Below, one piece after another: positions 50,982-60,274 of a stretch of DNA of 62,252 nucleotides. Position 1 is the stretch's first letter; each line of letters opens with the position of its first letter. The notes beneath the pieces were generated by a model that saw only the letters and a list, made by a program, of their open reading frames with translations, made no database searches and was not told the origin of the DNA. The stretch comes from an uncultured delta proteobacterium (GTDB lineage: Bacteria; Desulfobacterota; Binatia; UBA9968): assembly GCA_963840855.1 (NCBI GenBank), contig CAWJBB010000032.1, positions 1 to 62,252 of the forward strand, in the 5' to 3' direction. Both the position numbers and the translations under genes were made by a program.

Positions 50982-53093
50982 ATGAAAATATCACTCAGTC
51001 GCTTTTTGAATCGACGATTTCCGCGCCTATCCACCCTGCGGATCGACAAAATACCGCCGAAAGCCGGTCCCGTCGAGCTTGTGAAGCAATTTCTTGCCAA
51101 CCTACGAAGCAACTATGACGCTAAAAAGAAAACCAAGCTGCCGATGGAAAAGAATCAGCGGCGGTTCTCTATTGGGTATTTCATATTGGCTTTTTCAATC
51201 ATGCTAATAGTCCAGAACTATTTCTTCAGTTCCCATGTCGAGATCATCAGCTACAGCCAATTTAAATCCCTAGTCAAAAAGAGCCTCATCACTGATCTTG
51301 CAATCGGCGAGACGACCATTCAGGGGGATATGAAGGGTGAGGGAGTTAAAGAGATTTTCACGGCGGAGAAATTAAAGAGTATTCCTCAAGATGTAAGGGA
51401 AGGAAAAAAATCTTATCCCTTCTTAGCGGTGCGAGTGGAGGACCCTGGCCTGACTGCTGAACTTGAACAGGCAAAAGTATCTTTTAAAGGAGAGGTGACC
51501 AGTACTTGGCTGCCCACCGTCTTATCCTGGGTGATTCCAGCGGCCCTATTTTTTCTGATCTGGAGCTATTTTACCAAGAAGATGGGATCAGGGAGCAGCG
51601 GCTTAATGCAGATCGGCAAGAGCAAGGCGAAGGTCTATATCGAGAAAGCAACGGGAGTAACCTTTGCCGACGTCGCGGGAATCGACGAAGCGGAGGAGGA
51701 AGTCGCCGAAGTTGTCGGGTTTCTAAAGGATCCGGATAAATATCAAAGATTGGGCGGTCATATTCCTAAAGGTGTCCTGATCATTGGGCCGCCGGGTACA
51801 GGAAAGACCTTGCTCGCGCGCGCCGTGGCTGGCGAGGCCGGCGTTCCTTTCTTCAGCTTGTCAGGTTCTGACTTCGTCGAAATGTTTGTCGGAGTGGGTG
51901 CGGCTCGGGTCAGGGATCTATTTCTCCAAGCGGTGAAGCATGCCCCCAGTATCATATTCATCGATGAGCTCGATGCCTTAGGAAAGGCTCGGGGAGTGAG
52001 CATGCTGACCGGCAACGACGAGCGGGAACAAACCCTCAATCAGCTATTGGCCGAGATGGATGGATTCGATCCGAACCAAGGGGTTATCATCATGGCCGCC
52101 ACCAACCGGCCAGAAATCCTGGACGCCGCGCTCCTCCGTCCCGGCCGATTTGATCGGCAAATCCTGGTGGATCGTCCCGACATAAAGGGGCGTACCAAAA
52201 TTCTCGAATTGCATGCGAAGAAAGTAAAACTCTCTCCTGATCTGGACCTCGCTGTCGTGGCAGCGAAAACTCCAGGCTTTGTTGGTGCCGATCTCGCTAA
52301 CATTGTTAATGAAGCCGCCCTGTTGGCGGCGCGTCAAGACAAAGAGTCCATTGAGATGGCGGAATTTGACGAGGCGATCGAACGGGTGGTGGCGGGGCTA
52401 CAAAAGAAGAGCCACGTCATCAATCCGAAGGAGAAGAGAATCGTCGCCTATCACGAGTCCGGTCACGCGCTCGTGGCAGAGCTCGTGCCTGGGGCTGATC
52501 CCGTTTCCAAGATTTCCATTATTCCAAGGGGAATTGCCGCCCTGGGTTACACAACCCAGCTGCCGACGGAAGAGCGCTATCTCATGACACGTTCCGAATT
52601 GCTCGCGCGCATCTGCGTCCTTCTGGGAGGAAGAGTCGCGGAGGAGATTGTCCTCGGCGACATAACGACCGGCGCGCAGAACGATCTCCAGCGCGCCACT
52701 GAGATTGCCCGGACCATGATTACTCAATTCGGGATGAGTGAAAAGCTCGGCCTGGCGTCTCTCGAAGGACCGCGGCGCTCCATGTACCTTATGGTGCCCA
52801 CTCAGAGCCCCAAAGAGTACAGCGAGGAAACCGCTCGGTTCATCGATGAAGAGGTAAAACAATTGTTGTCAGGAGCGCATACCAAAGCCCGCGACATCCT
52901 GGTCGCGCACCGCTCGGCCCTCGAGGAATTGGCGAAGCTGCTTCTGGAAAAAGAGGTTGTCGACCGGCCCGCGCTGCAAGCGATTCTAAAAGTGCGGAGC
53001 ATCGACAGCGTCAAGGAAAAAAAGAAATCCGCGAACACACTCGAGACTGGGAGTTACAAGAGCAGTATCGAACGCGAAATGCCGGAGGTGTAA
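50982..53093 (+). CDS. ftsH: ATP-dependent zinc metalloprotease FtsH, copy 2
   Basis: same motifs as copy 1. Confidence 0.95.
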   Translation: MKISLSRFLNRRFPRLSTLRIDKIPPKAGPVELVKQFLANLRSNYDAKKKTKLPMEKNQRRFSIGYFILAFSIMLIVQNYFFSSHVEIISYSQFKSLVKKSLITDLAIGETTIQGDMKGEGVKEIFTAEKLKSIPQDVREGKKSYPFLAVRVEDPGLTAELEQAKVSFKGEVTSTWLPTVLSWVIPAALFFLIWSYFTKKMGSGSSGLMQIGKSKAKVYIEKATGVTFADVAGIDEAEEEVAEVVGFLKDPDKYQRLGGHIPKGVLIIGPPGTGKTLLARAVAGEAGVPFFSLSGSDFVEMFVGVGAARVRDLFLQAVKHAPSIIFIDELDALGKARGVSMLTGNDEREQTLNQLLAEMDGFDPNQGVIIMAATNRPEILDAALLRPGRFDRQILVDRPDIKGRTKILELHAKKVKLSPDLDLAVVAAKTPGFVGADLANIVNEAALLAARQDKESIEMAEFDEAIERVVAGLQKKSHVINPKEKRIVAYHESGHALVAELVPGADPVSKISIIPRGIAALGYTTQLPTEERYLMTRSELLARICVLLGGRVAEEIVLGDITTGAQNDLQRATEIARTMITQFGMSEKLGLASLEGPRRSMYLMVPTQSPKEYSEETARFIDEEVKQLLSGAHTKARDILVAHRSALEELAKLLLEKEVVDRPALQAILKVRSIDSVKEKKKSANTLETGSYKSSIEREMPEV

Positions 53094-53148
53094 AGGACTG
53101 ATTGCGCGTCGATCGCGGATGATCGGTAGAATTTAGGAGGGAAAAACC

Positions 53149-53499
53149 ATGGAGAACGGAAAGGATCGCTTGGTAGAATCGCTGAAGTTTGACGAGCGAG
53201 CGAATGAAGACGGCTATTTTGCCGTGAAAGAACACGAACTGATTGAGGGGCTCAAGACCGAATTTCAGAAGGATGAAGCAGACCGCCGGGAAGCGCGGAT
53301 GGCGAGCTGTCCGAAGTGTTCAGGAAAGTTCGAGAAGTACAGGTTTATGGGATTCGTTTTAGAGCGCTGTGAAAACTGCGAAGGGATCTGGCTTAAGAAA
53401 GGCGAGCTCGCCGGGATTTTGCGCCAGCAGGCGCGTGGTCCGCTGGGAGTCTTTCTGGATCGATGCTTTGCCAAAGCTGAAGTAGCCAAGAAGAGTTAG
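53149..53499 (+). CDS. zinc-ribbon (zf-TFIIB-like) protein, copy 2
   Basis: protein identical to copy 1. Confidence 0.85.
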   Translation: MENGKDRLVESLKFDERANEDGYFAVKEHELIEGLKTEFQKDEADRREARMASCPKCSGKFEKYRFMGFVLERCENCEGIWLKKGELAGILRQQARGPLGVFLDRCFAKAEVAKKS

Positions 53500-53635
53500 A
53501 CCGAGCCGTACCGGTTACTGAATCCCGTGTAACCCCCGGAAAAATAGATAGTTAGCCCTGCTCCCGCAATACCAACCTACGCGTGTTTAGAGCGGCGGCG
53601 CCTGCGCGCAGCTGCTCAATCCTTTTTTTGGAAAT

Positions 53636-53651
53636 CGTTCAATACTAGACA
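53636..53651 (+). promoter_or_regulatory. Crp/Fnr-type box CGTTCAATACTAGACA
   Basis: duplicate of the 46798 box. Confidence 0.65.
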
Positions 53652-53776
53652 GAAATTCCATCCGAGTCAGGTTAAGTCTGCAGATGACGAAGGCAAACCG
53701 GATCCTCGTCATCTGGACGGTCTTCCAAAAGGGGAACTTCGGATCTTTTCTGTTTTCTTAGGTGAAGGGAGTCGAC

Positions 53777-53983
53777 ATGAAAGTAAATCGCAATGACCGC
53801 AGGATCAACTCCACCCTGGGAGAGCTGATAGCGGCTATCAGCGAGGTCGCCTTTGAGAATGCCGCTGACACCAAAGAAGCCTACACTCTCGCTAGTTTGG
53901 TTTTGGTGGAGATTTTGAAAAAGGCATCTTTCAGAAGTGAAATCGTTGACCGGCGCTTTTCCATGAGTAAATACCCGCATTAA
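53777..53983 (+). CDS. small hypothetical protein (TLGELIAAISEVAF)
   Basis: GGGAG RBS; intact copy. Confidence 0.75.
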   Translation: MKVNRNDRRINSTLGELIAAISEVAFENAADTKEAYTLASLVLVEILKKASFRSEIVDRRFSMSKYPH

Positions 53984-54010
53984 ACTGTTTCAACGCACCG
54001 TTCCCTCATA

Positions 54011-54045
54011 CGACCGTTTAGTCGAAACTTTCGACGCTTTCGACG
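54011..54045 (+). promoter_or_regulatory. putative bEBP enhancer (paired CGAC-N6-G(T/A)CG sites)
   Basis: CGACCGTTTAGTCG plus CGACGCTTTCGACG, 110 bp upstream of the sigma54 GG. Confidence 0.65.
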
Positions 54046-54119
54046 AGCCGCCTCCTTGTCTCACCCAGGCGGCCTCAAGAAACTAGCGGTAAACGCAGCC
54101 TTTTCTTTGCAACGAGGTG

Positions 54120-54135
54120 TGGCACAGATAGTGCT
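54120..54135 (+). promoter_or_regulatory. sigma54 promoter TGGCACAGATAGTGCT
   Basis: GG-N10-GC upstream of entericidin. Confidence 0.75.
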
Positions 54136-54182
54136 CACCTAACTGGTGTTAGAAAAAAAATCCAAAAACAGGAGATACAACT

Positions 54183-54332
54183 ATGCGCCAAATAATCTTC
54201 GCAATGCTGTTGATGTTGGTCCTCGTGGGCACCAACGTGGCTTGCAACACGATTCACGGTTTCGGGCAAGACGTTGAGCGGGCGGGCGAAAAGACTCAGG
54301 ACGCGGCGGACGCCGTGAAGAAGAAATTGTAG
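54183..54332 (+). CDS. entericidin EcnA/B family lipoprotein (not in ORF track)
   Basis: MRQIIFAMLLMLVLVGTNVAC-NTIHGFGQDVERAGE; AGGAG RBS. Confidence 0.88.
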   Translation: MRQIIFAMLLMLVLVGTNVACNTIHGFGQDVERAGEKTQDAADAVKKKL

Positions 54333-54470
54333 TGCCTATGCTGAATATGGCCAGAGATATCGGTGGAAGAGTTCCTTTCGCAGGAGTCCTGGCCTCACGA
54401 GATTTCTTTTCTGATTGGTGTTTTGTTAGGCGGTAATCTTTAACTCGTCAGCGTATCGTATGGAGAAGCT

Positions 54471-55145
54471 ATGATGTTCCTTCGGACTATAGCGATTTTA
54501 ATTCTCACCGGGTTGACAATCGGCTGCGCATTGGAGAATGCCTCGCCTCCGCGCCGCGAGCCGCAGGAGGCACGCCGCTCTTCGGCCAGCCGACCCGTGG
54601 ATGCGCAGCAGGTGGCGCGATTACAGCGGATCATGCTGCCGCTGCTTCGAGCGACGAATGACCCGCGCCGCTCAAGTGACGTACGAGTCGGCATTATCGA
54701 CGACCCAACCATCAATGCTGCCAGCGCGGGCGGCGGCGAATTTCAGGTAACCACCGGACTTCTTTCGAAAGCCAACGATGAGCACTTGAGAGGGGTACTG
54801 GCACACGAAATCGCCCACGATGATCTTGGGCATGTGGCCAGGGCGCAGACTTTGGGTACTGGCCTGAATATAGGCGTGATTCTGCTCGAGCAGCTCATAC
54901 CCGGCAGCAGCGCGGTCACGCCGATCGCCGGCGCGCTCATCGCCCGGAGTTATAGCCGGTCGGAGGAGTTGGAAGCGGACCGGCACGGTGTCGAGATCCT
55001 GCGCCGAGCGGGTTATTCCAAAGAGGTAATGATTGAAACGCTGACGTGGCTGACGCGGACCTCAGGAGATGGCGGCGGTGGGGGTTTCTTGTCCACGCAC
55101 CCGGCGACGGACGATAGAATCGCCGCTTTGCGGAGATTGGGATAG
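54471..55145 (+). CDS. M48 family metallopeptidase lipoprotein
   Basis: lipobox-like TIGC, INAAS, HEIAH, ELEAD, STHP. Confidence 0.9.
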   Translation: MMFLRTIAILILTGLTIGCALENASPPRREPQEARRSSASRPVDAQQVARLQRIMLPLLRATNDPRRSSDVRVGIIDDPTINAASAGGGEFQVTTGLLSKANDEHLRGVLAHEIAHDDLGHVARAQTLGTGLNIGVILLEQLIPGSSAVTPIAGALIARSYSRSEELEADRHGVEILRRAGYSKEVMIETLTWLTRTSGDGGGGGFLSTHPATDDRIAALRRLG

Positions 55146-55298
55146 AATGATTGTTCGCTCCTTGTTCACAAGGCCTGGCCTTCTCCAGTTTGTATTCTTG
55201 CAAAATCAGATCTTGTTAATTGTCGAAAGTGAGAATCCGAAAAAGTAAAACATTAGTAAAGTCAAACAGTTTTAATGGGGTAAATAAAGGAGGAATTT

Positions 55299-55610
55299 AT
55301 GATACGGGCATTTAAAATGTTGACGATTACGTTGGCGCTTCTGTTCTTCATGACCGGCTGCCAAGCCATGACCGGTGCGACCTTGGGAGAGAACATCGAT
55401 GACGGAAACCTCACGTCATACGTCAAGACCAAACTCGCTTCAGACAAGCTTGTCAGTCTGACACGTGTGGGAGTCGAGACCAACAATGGCGTTGTCTATC
55501 TCACCGGCGAAGTCGAGACCGCCGAGCAAAAATCCCGCAGTGGCTCTCTTGCGTTCGAGGTGAAGGGCGTCAAACAGGTAGTCAATAACCTGCAAGTCCG
55601 GAAGAACTAG
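55299..55610 (+). CDS. BON domain (OsmY-like) lipoprotein
   Basis: MTGC lipobox, IDD..VKTKL, GVVYLTG, VKGVKQVVNNL. Confidence 0.9.
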   Translation: MIRAFKMLTITLALLFFMTGCQAMTGATLGENIDDGNLTSYVKTKLASDKLVSLTRVGVETNNGVVYLTGEVETAEQKSRSGSLAFEVKGVKQVVNNLQVRKN

Positions 55611-55684
55611 GCCGAAAGGCGGGCAGAATTTAGGCGGATAGCGAATCCGGGCGGTACGTTCTATAGCCGGAAAGGAGCTAAAAA

Positions 55685-55834
55685 ATGCTTTGGACGATCT
55701 TTGTAATTCTTTTGATTATGTGGGCACTGGGATTGGTCACTTCGTACACGATGGGTGGGTTCGTCCATATCCTATTGGTCATTGCCCTGATAGTGCTAGT
55801 GGTCAATCTCGTTCAGGGACGGAGACCCTGGTAG
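55685..55834 (+). CDS. lmo0937/DUF5670-like small membrane protein (not in ORF track)
   Basis: MLWTIFVILLIMWALGLVTSYTMGGFVHILLVIA; AGGAG RBS. Confidence 0.85.
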   Translation: MLWTIFVILLIMWALGLVTSYTMGGFVHILLVIALIVLVVNLVQGRRPW

Positions 55835-55867
55835 GCATTTCGGCGTTGCGAAAAGAGAGGAACTTGT

Positions 55868-56095
55868 ATGCGTATCAATCCGATAACTCTTGTGGGTATC
55901 GCTCTCATCGTTCTTGGGATAGTGGCCTTTGCCTACCAAGGCATCACCTATACCAGCCGCGAAAAGATTATCGATATCGGCCCCATCCAAGCCACCGCCG
56001 ACACTCAGAAAACCATCCCGCTCTCACCACTGTTGGGCGGGTTGGTGCTGGCGGGCGGGATCGTGTTGGTGGTGGTCGGAGCGAAGAAGTCGTAG
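55868..56095 (+). CDS. DUF3185-like small membrane protein
   Basis: GIALIVLG, YTSREKIIDIGPIQAT, IPLSPLLGG. Confidence 0.8.
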   Translation: MRINPITLVGIALIVLGIVAFAYQGITYTSREKIIDIGPIQATADTQKTIPLSPLLGGLVLAGGIVLVVVGAKKS

Positions 56096-56290
56096 TTCGA
56101 TTTGGAGGATTGCCCACTAAGTTGGGAAAAAGGATACACGCTCCTCATGATTCAATAGGCTTCCTCGAGCTGACCCATTCAAGGAGCAATTGCGTGGGTC
56201 ATTGCAGCACGAGACGTTAAAATCTCGTACCGTCAAAATCACGAGACACGCCAACGTTCCTGCGAGACGCGCGATAATTCTTTTCGAAAT

Positions 56291-56306
56291 TGTCCAATAT
56301 TGGACA
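56291..56306 (+). promoter_or_regulatory. perfect palindrome TGTCCAATATTGGACA (Crp/Fnr-type box)
   Basis: perfect 16-bp inverted repeat; TATCGT downstream. Confidence 0.82.
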
Positions 56307-56403
56307 GCAATTTCTCCCGAGTCCATTATCGTTAAAGTTGTCTAAGGCGTGGGATTTCACTCCACGGGGTTACTTAGCAAGAGACCTAGAGAGGAGACTA
56401 AGC

Positions 56404-56490
56404 ATGAAGGACACAAACCTCTGGTTAATCTTGATTCCACCGGGTGTGATTCTATTGGTTTTCGTAATCAACAGCCTTATCGTCGGTTAG
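56404..56490 (+). CDS. 28-aa hydrophobic peptide
   Basis: GAGGAG RBS; MKDTNLWLILIPPGVILLVFVINSLIVG; downstream of a motif box. Confidence 0.55.
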   Translation: MKDTNLWLILIPPGVILLVFVINSLIVG

Positions 56491-56720
56491 AGAGCGTCAG
56501 AGTCCCCTTCAGTTTTGTGGGTACAACAGAAACATGAGAGTGTCTATGAAGGATATTACGGCGCCACTTTTGGCGATTGTTTTTGTCCTCTATATACTGA
56601 TCGCACTGATATCGGTAGAGTTCAATCCGGATAGCACGAGCTCGCCGTCGGTCAGCAACCAGGAAAGAATTTCCGACGTCGGACTCCGTTTCGCCTTCAA
56701 ACGGTAGGCGATAGCGGCAT

Positions 56721-56756
56721 CGACCTTTTGGTCGAAGGCTCTCGACGCTATTGACG
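56721..56756 (+). promoter_or_regulatory. putative bEBP enhancer
   Basis: CGACCTTTTGGTCG plus CGACGCTATTGACG, 110 bp upstream of the sigma54 GG. Confidence 0.65.
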
Positions 56757-56829
56757 AGCCTCATCTCCTTTCCGGGCTGACAGGCTAAAAAATCTAACGG
56801 AAATCCAGTGTTTTTCTTGCCCAACCCTC

Positions 56830-56845
56830 TGGCACATATCCTGCT
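56830..56845 (+). promoter_or_regulatory. sigma54 promoter TGGCACATATCCTGCT
   Basis: GG-N10-GC upstream of DUF3309 gene. Confidence 0.72.
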
Positions 56846-56890
56846 CTCAAATAATTGAGAAAAGGAAAACCCAAAGGGAGGTAACTGACT

Positions 56891-57040
56891 ATGAGCCTGT
56901 TGTTATTGATCGTCTTAGTTCTGTTCCTGTTCGGAGGTCTGCCCCGCTGGGGTTATCACTCCTATGGCTATGCTCCGTCGGGGGTTGTGGGCGTGGTGCT
57001 GCTGGTCATTGTTGCTCTGCTTCTGACCGGCCGACTCTAA
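56891..57040 (+). CDS. DUF3309-like small membrane protein (not in ORF track)
   Basis: GGLPRWGYHSYGYAPSG...LLTGRL; GGAGG RBS. Confidence 0.85.
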   Translation: MSLLLLIVLVLFLFGGLPRWGYHSYGYAPSGVVGVVLLVIVALLLTGRL

Positions 57041-57121
57041 AGGATGCCCAATGGCGCGGTGACGATCCCCACACGATCAGTTGGCAATAAACCCTATCGA
57101 AGGGGGAGGTAGGAAAATACC

Positions 57122-57346
57122 ATGATGAAACAAATCGAGATCCATGGACAGCGAGTCGAACTGTACAGTCTCGACAAAGGGCGCACTTGGTCGAGCAGCC
57201 CGCAATCGATCGTTGCTTATGGACAAAGGGAAAAGATGTTGCGTCTGGAATTACAAAAGAGGTTTGCACGCATAGACGCGATGCAGGACCCCCATCCGAA
57301 TAATATCACTGAACTTGAGATCCCAATGACCCTCGTGAGTCGGTGA
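57122..57346 (+). CDS. hypothetical protein
   Basis: GGAGG RBS; LYSLDKGRTWSSSP. Confidence 0.65.
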   Translation: MMKQIEIHGQRVELYSLDKGRTWSSSPQSIVAYGQREKMLRLELQKRFARIDAMQDPHPNNITELEIPMTLVSR

Positions 57347-57551
57347 AGACGACCTAGGGACGTATCTTGATCCGCTACACGGAGGGATAGCCGGAGCCGC
57401 CTTAGATTTAAATTCGGCTATTTCCCCGTGTCTGGAGCCAGTCGTTTCTTGAAGCCGAGTTGATCTGATGGGTGGGAGTTCCGTTTTTCAAGCGCTCGCT
57501 TATGGAACGCGAAAAGTCAGCTTCATCAACTACTTCGGTTATCTTGGCCAA

Positions 57552-57669
57552 ACACGCGGCTTGCCACACGGTTCACGGTTTCAGCCAAGACGTTGAGCGG
57601 GCCGGGGAAAAGACTCGGGACGCTGCGAACGCCGTGAAGAAAAAATTGTCGGCCGATCGAAGAAATTAA
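57552..57669 (+). pseudogene. entericidin remnant lacking its signal peptide
   Basis: ACHTVHGFSQDVERAGEKTRDAANAVKKKL, homologous to 54183-54332. Confidence 0.7.
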
Positions 57670-57748
57670 ACGCCCGAAGCCTTTAACTTGGGCCGGCTGG
57701 AGCTCTCATCGCGTGAATGCGGACCTGACGATATTTCTTTGCAAAAAA

Positions 57749-57764
57749 TGTCCAAAATTAGACG
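57749..57764 (+). promoter_or_regulatory. Crp/Fnr-type box TGTCCAAAATTAGACG
   Basis: motif match; GCGTACCGT at conserved spacing. Confidence 0.7.
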
Positions 57765-57908
57765 GAAGTTCCTGTCTCTTCAGCGTACCGTAAAGCTGTT
57801 AGGCGAGCTTGCTTTTGATGCTAGGGGTTCTTACTCGTCGCGATTTGGTTGGGAATACAGGTGATCAGGGGACGAATCTGATCGTCGGCTTCTCCGATGG
57901 GAGGAATC

Positions 57909-59123
57909 ATGAACCACGGAACCATCGCGGGAACGATTCGTCGAATCGCGATCCTCGGCAATCACTTGCCGCGCCAGTGCGGTATCGCTACTTTCACCAC
58001 CGATCTCAGCGGCGCGATCGCTGCGGAGTTCTCGAATGCCGATTGTTTCGTGGTTGCGATGAACGACGCCGGCAAACGTTATGCGTATCCACCGCGGGTC
58101 CGCTTCGAGGTGGAAGAGAGCGATATCGCGTCGTACCGAATCGCCGCGGATTTTTTGACCGCAAACAAGATCGATGTCGTGTCCGTGCAGCACGAGTACG
58201 GCATCTTCGGCGGCAAGGCCGGTGACTACCTGCTCACGCTCCTACGCAAATTGCGCATGCCGATCGTGACCACCCTTCACACCGTCCTCGGCGAGCCCGA
58301 TTCCATGCAGCGTCGAGCGATGAATGAGATCGCCCGACTCTCGGAGCGGCTCGTCGTCATGAGCGCCCACGGCGCCGCACTCCTCCGTAATGTTCACGGC
58401 GTACCCGAGCACAAAATCGATATCATCCCGCACGGGATTCCGAGCGTGCCGTTGGCCGGGCGGAGCAAGAAAGACCTCGGGATTGAAGACAAGTCGGTGA
58501 TTCTTACATTCGGCCTGTTATCGCCGGACAAAGGTATCGAGCATGTCATCGACGCGCTGCCGGCGATTCTTGCGCGCTACCCGGACACGGTTTACGTCGT
58601 GCTCGGTGCTACCCATCCACATATCAAAGAGCGATACGGCGAGAGCTACCGCGAAAGCCTGGAGCGTCAGGCTCAAAGACTAGGCGTGGAATCTAGCATG
58701 ATCTTTCACAATCGTTTCGTGAGCCGCGGCGAACTCGTCAAGTTTCTCTCCGCCGCCGACATCTATGTAACGCCGTACCTCAAGCCGGAGCAGAGCACGT
58801 CCGGGACGTTGGCCTATGCGGTAGGCTCCGGCAAAGCCGTTATCTCCACGCCTTATCTTTATGCGCGCGAACTCCTCGCCGACGGGCGCGGTATACTCGT
58901 GCCGTGGAGAGACTCCCAGACCATCGCACGCGCGGTCGTGGATCTCCTAAGCAATGACGCGAAACGACTTGCGCTCTGCGCACGCGCCGCCGCTTACGGC
59001 CGCAGCATGGTCTGGCCCGCGGTGGCGCGCCGCTACGTGCAGACCTTCGACCGCGCCTGCCGTCGAGAGCCATCTGCGCCTCGCATCAGCCAAGGATTCC
59101 CCGTTCATGCGCGCGCTCTCTGA
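57909..59123 (+). CDS. GT4 glycosyltransferase (single-module paralog of 17255)
   Basis: PRQCGIATF, HEYGIFGG, TPYxxxEQSTSGTL; GGAGG RBS. Confidence 0.9.
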   Translation: MNHGTIAGTIRRIAILGNHLPRQCGIATFTTDLSGAIAAEFSNADCFVVAMNDAGKRYAYPPRVRFEVEESDIASYRIAADFLTANKIDVVSVQHEYGIFGGKAGDYLLTLLRKLRMPIVTTLHTVLGEPDSMQRRAMNEIARLSERLVVMSAHGAALLRNVHGVPEHKIDIIPHGIPSVPLAGRSKKDLGIEDKSVILTFGLLSPDKGIEHVIDALPAILARYPDTVYVVLGATHPHIKERYGESYRESLERQAQRLGVESSMIFHNRFVSRGELVKFLSAADIYVTPYLKPEQSTSGTLAYAVGSGKAVISTPYLYARELLADGRGILVPWRDSQTIARAVVDLLSNDAKRLALCARAAAYGRSMVWPAVARRYVQTFDRACRREPSAPRISQGFPVHARAL

Positions 59124-59290
59124 ATATGGGATTTTCCCAAGCACGAGATTCAACAGGAAGCAGGCAGGCGAGAGATACGAACCGGTCATTTCGGACGAAA
59201 AGGCTCAACATGACATCTCAATTCAACGGATGTCTGAAACAGGACGCTTGAGTCGGAGCGGACTCAGAGCGGCAAAGGAGTTCTACTTTT

Positions 59291-59944
59291 ATGAACAAAC
59301 TCTCTCTCTATCAAACGGCTCATATGAAATATCCGTATACTCTACCGCCGCTCGATTATGCGTATGATGCGCTCGAGCCGCACATCGACGAACAAACGAT
59401 GCATTTGCATCATGACAAGCATCATCAGGCATATATCGATCACGCCAACGAAGCGGTCGGCAAATATCCTGAGCTGCAGAAAGCAGATCTAGTGACCCTA
59501 TTGGCTCATCTTGATGAGTTGCCCGCCGATATCAGGACGGCATTGCAAAGCAACGGCGGCGGCCACCTAAATCACGCGCTATTCTGGGAATACATGACGC
59601 CACGGGGTGCCGGTGAGCCTCAGGGCAAGCTGGCACAGGCGATTACAAAGACGTTTGGCGGATTCGCTCAATTTAAAGAAGAGTTTGATGCCGCTGCCAA
59701 AAATCGCTCGGGCAGCGGATGGGCGTGGCTTTCCGTGACGTCCACGGGTGACTTGGAGATCAGCTCAACGGCGAACCAGGATACTCCGTTATCAAACGGC
59801 CAGCTGCCAATTTTAGGTCTCGATGTTTGGGAACACGCGTATTATCTCAAGTACCATAACAAGCGACCCGAATACATTACCAATTGGTGGCACGTGGTGA
59901 ACTGGAAGAAGGTCCAGGAACAGTTCGAAAGTGTTACGCGATAA
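59291..59944 (+). CDS. sodA: superoxide dismutase, probably Mn-type
   Basis: HHDKHH, NGGGHLNH, NQD, DVWEHAYY. Confidence 0.93.
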   Translation: MNKLSLYQTAHMKYPYTLPPLDYAYDALEPHIDEQTMHLHHDKHHQAYIDHANEAVGKYPELQKADLVTLLAHLDELPADIRTALQSNGGGHLNHALFWEYMTPRGAGEPQGKLAQAITKTFGGFAQFKEEFDAAAKNRSGSGWAWLSVTSTGDLEISSTANQDTPLSNGQLPILGLDVWEHAYYLKYHNKRPEYITNWWHVVNWKKVQEQFESVTR

Positions 59945-60102
59945 AGGTTCTGCAATAAGCTTTCAACACATTCCAACTCACTGAGGATGCTGTTGAGTTT
60001 GCTCTCGTCTTTCGGATCTCCTGCAATACCTCGCCTGCTGGCACGCGCAATCGGGCGCGCTAAAGCTTGGTCAGTTTTAGCCATTATTCCCTCAGTCTGA
60101 TT

Positions 60103-60138
60103 CGACCTTTTGGTCGATCGTTTTCGACGCTTTCGCCG
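60103..60138 (+). promoter_or_regulatory. putative bEBP enhancer
   Basis: CGACCTTTTGGTCG plus CGACGCTTTCGCCG, 111 bp upstream of the sigma54 GG. Confidence 0.65.
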
Positions 60139-60212
60139 AACCGCCCCTCCGTTTGCCTCCGGCGCGTTAAATAATCTCTCGCGAAATCCGGTATCTTGCC
60201 GACCGCGAGAAC

Positions 60213-60228
60213 TGGCATGTAAAGTGCT
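60213..60228 (+). promoter_or_regulatory. sigma54 promoter TGGCATGTAAAGTGCT
   Basis: GG-N10-GC upstream of the second DUF3309 gene. Confidence 0.7.
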
Positions 60229-60274
60229 CTGTTACAGTCATTCAGAAAAGTGAATTGAAAGAAGGTAGCGGACT

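Larger units (their letters stand above)
40302..53944 (+). repeat. ~6.8-kb direct tandem duplication (copy 1 ~40302-47107, copy 2 ~47140-53944)
   Basis: near-constant offset of 6837-6838 across all genes; scattered substitutions. Confidence 0.95.

Noticed and set aside
53690-53740. c-di-GMP-I riboswitch suggested by GGCAAACC
   Set aside because: The GNRA loop and GACGCAAAG elements are missing, and the other copy reads GCCAAACC
59842-60084. 80-aa minus-strand ORF with a GAGGGA RBS
   Set aside because: Overlaps the sodA 3' end by about 100 bp and has no recognisable motif; cannot be supported
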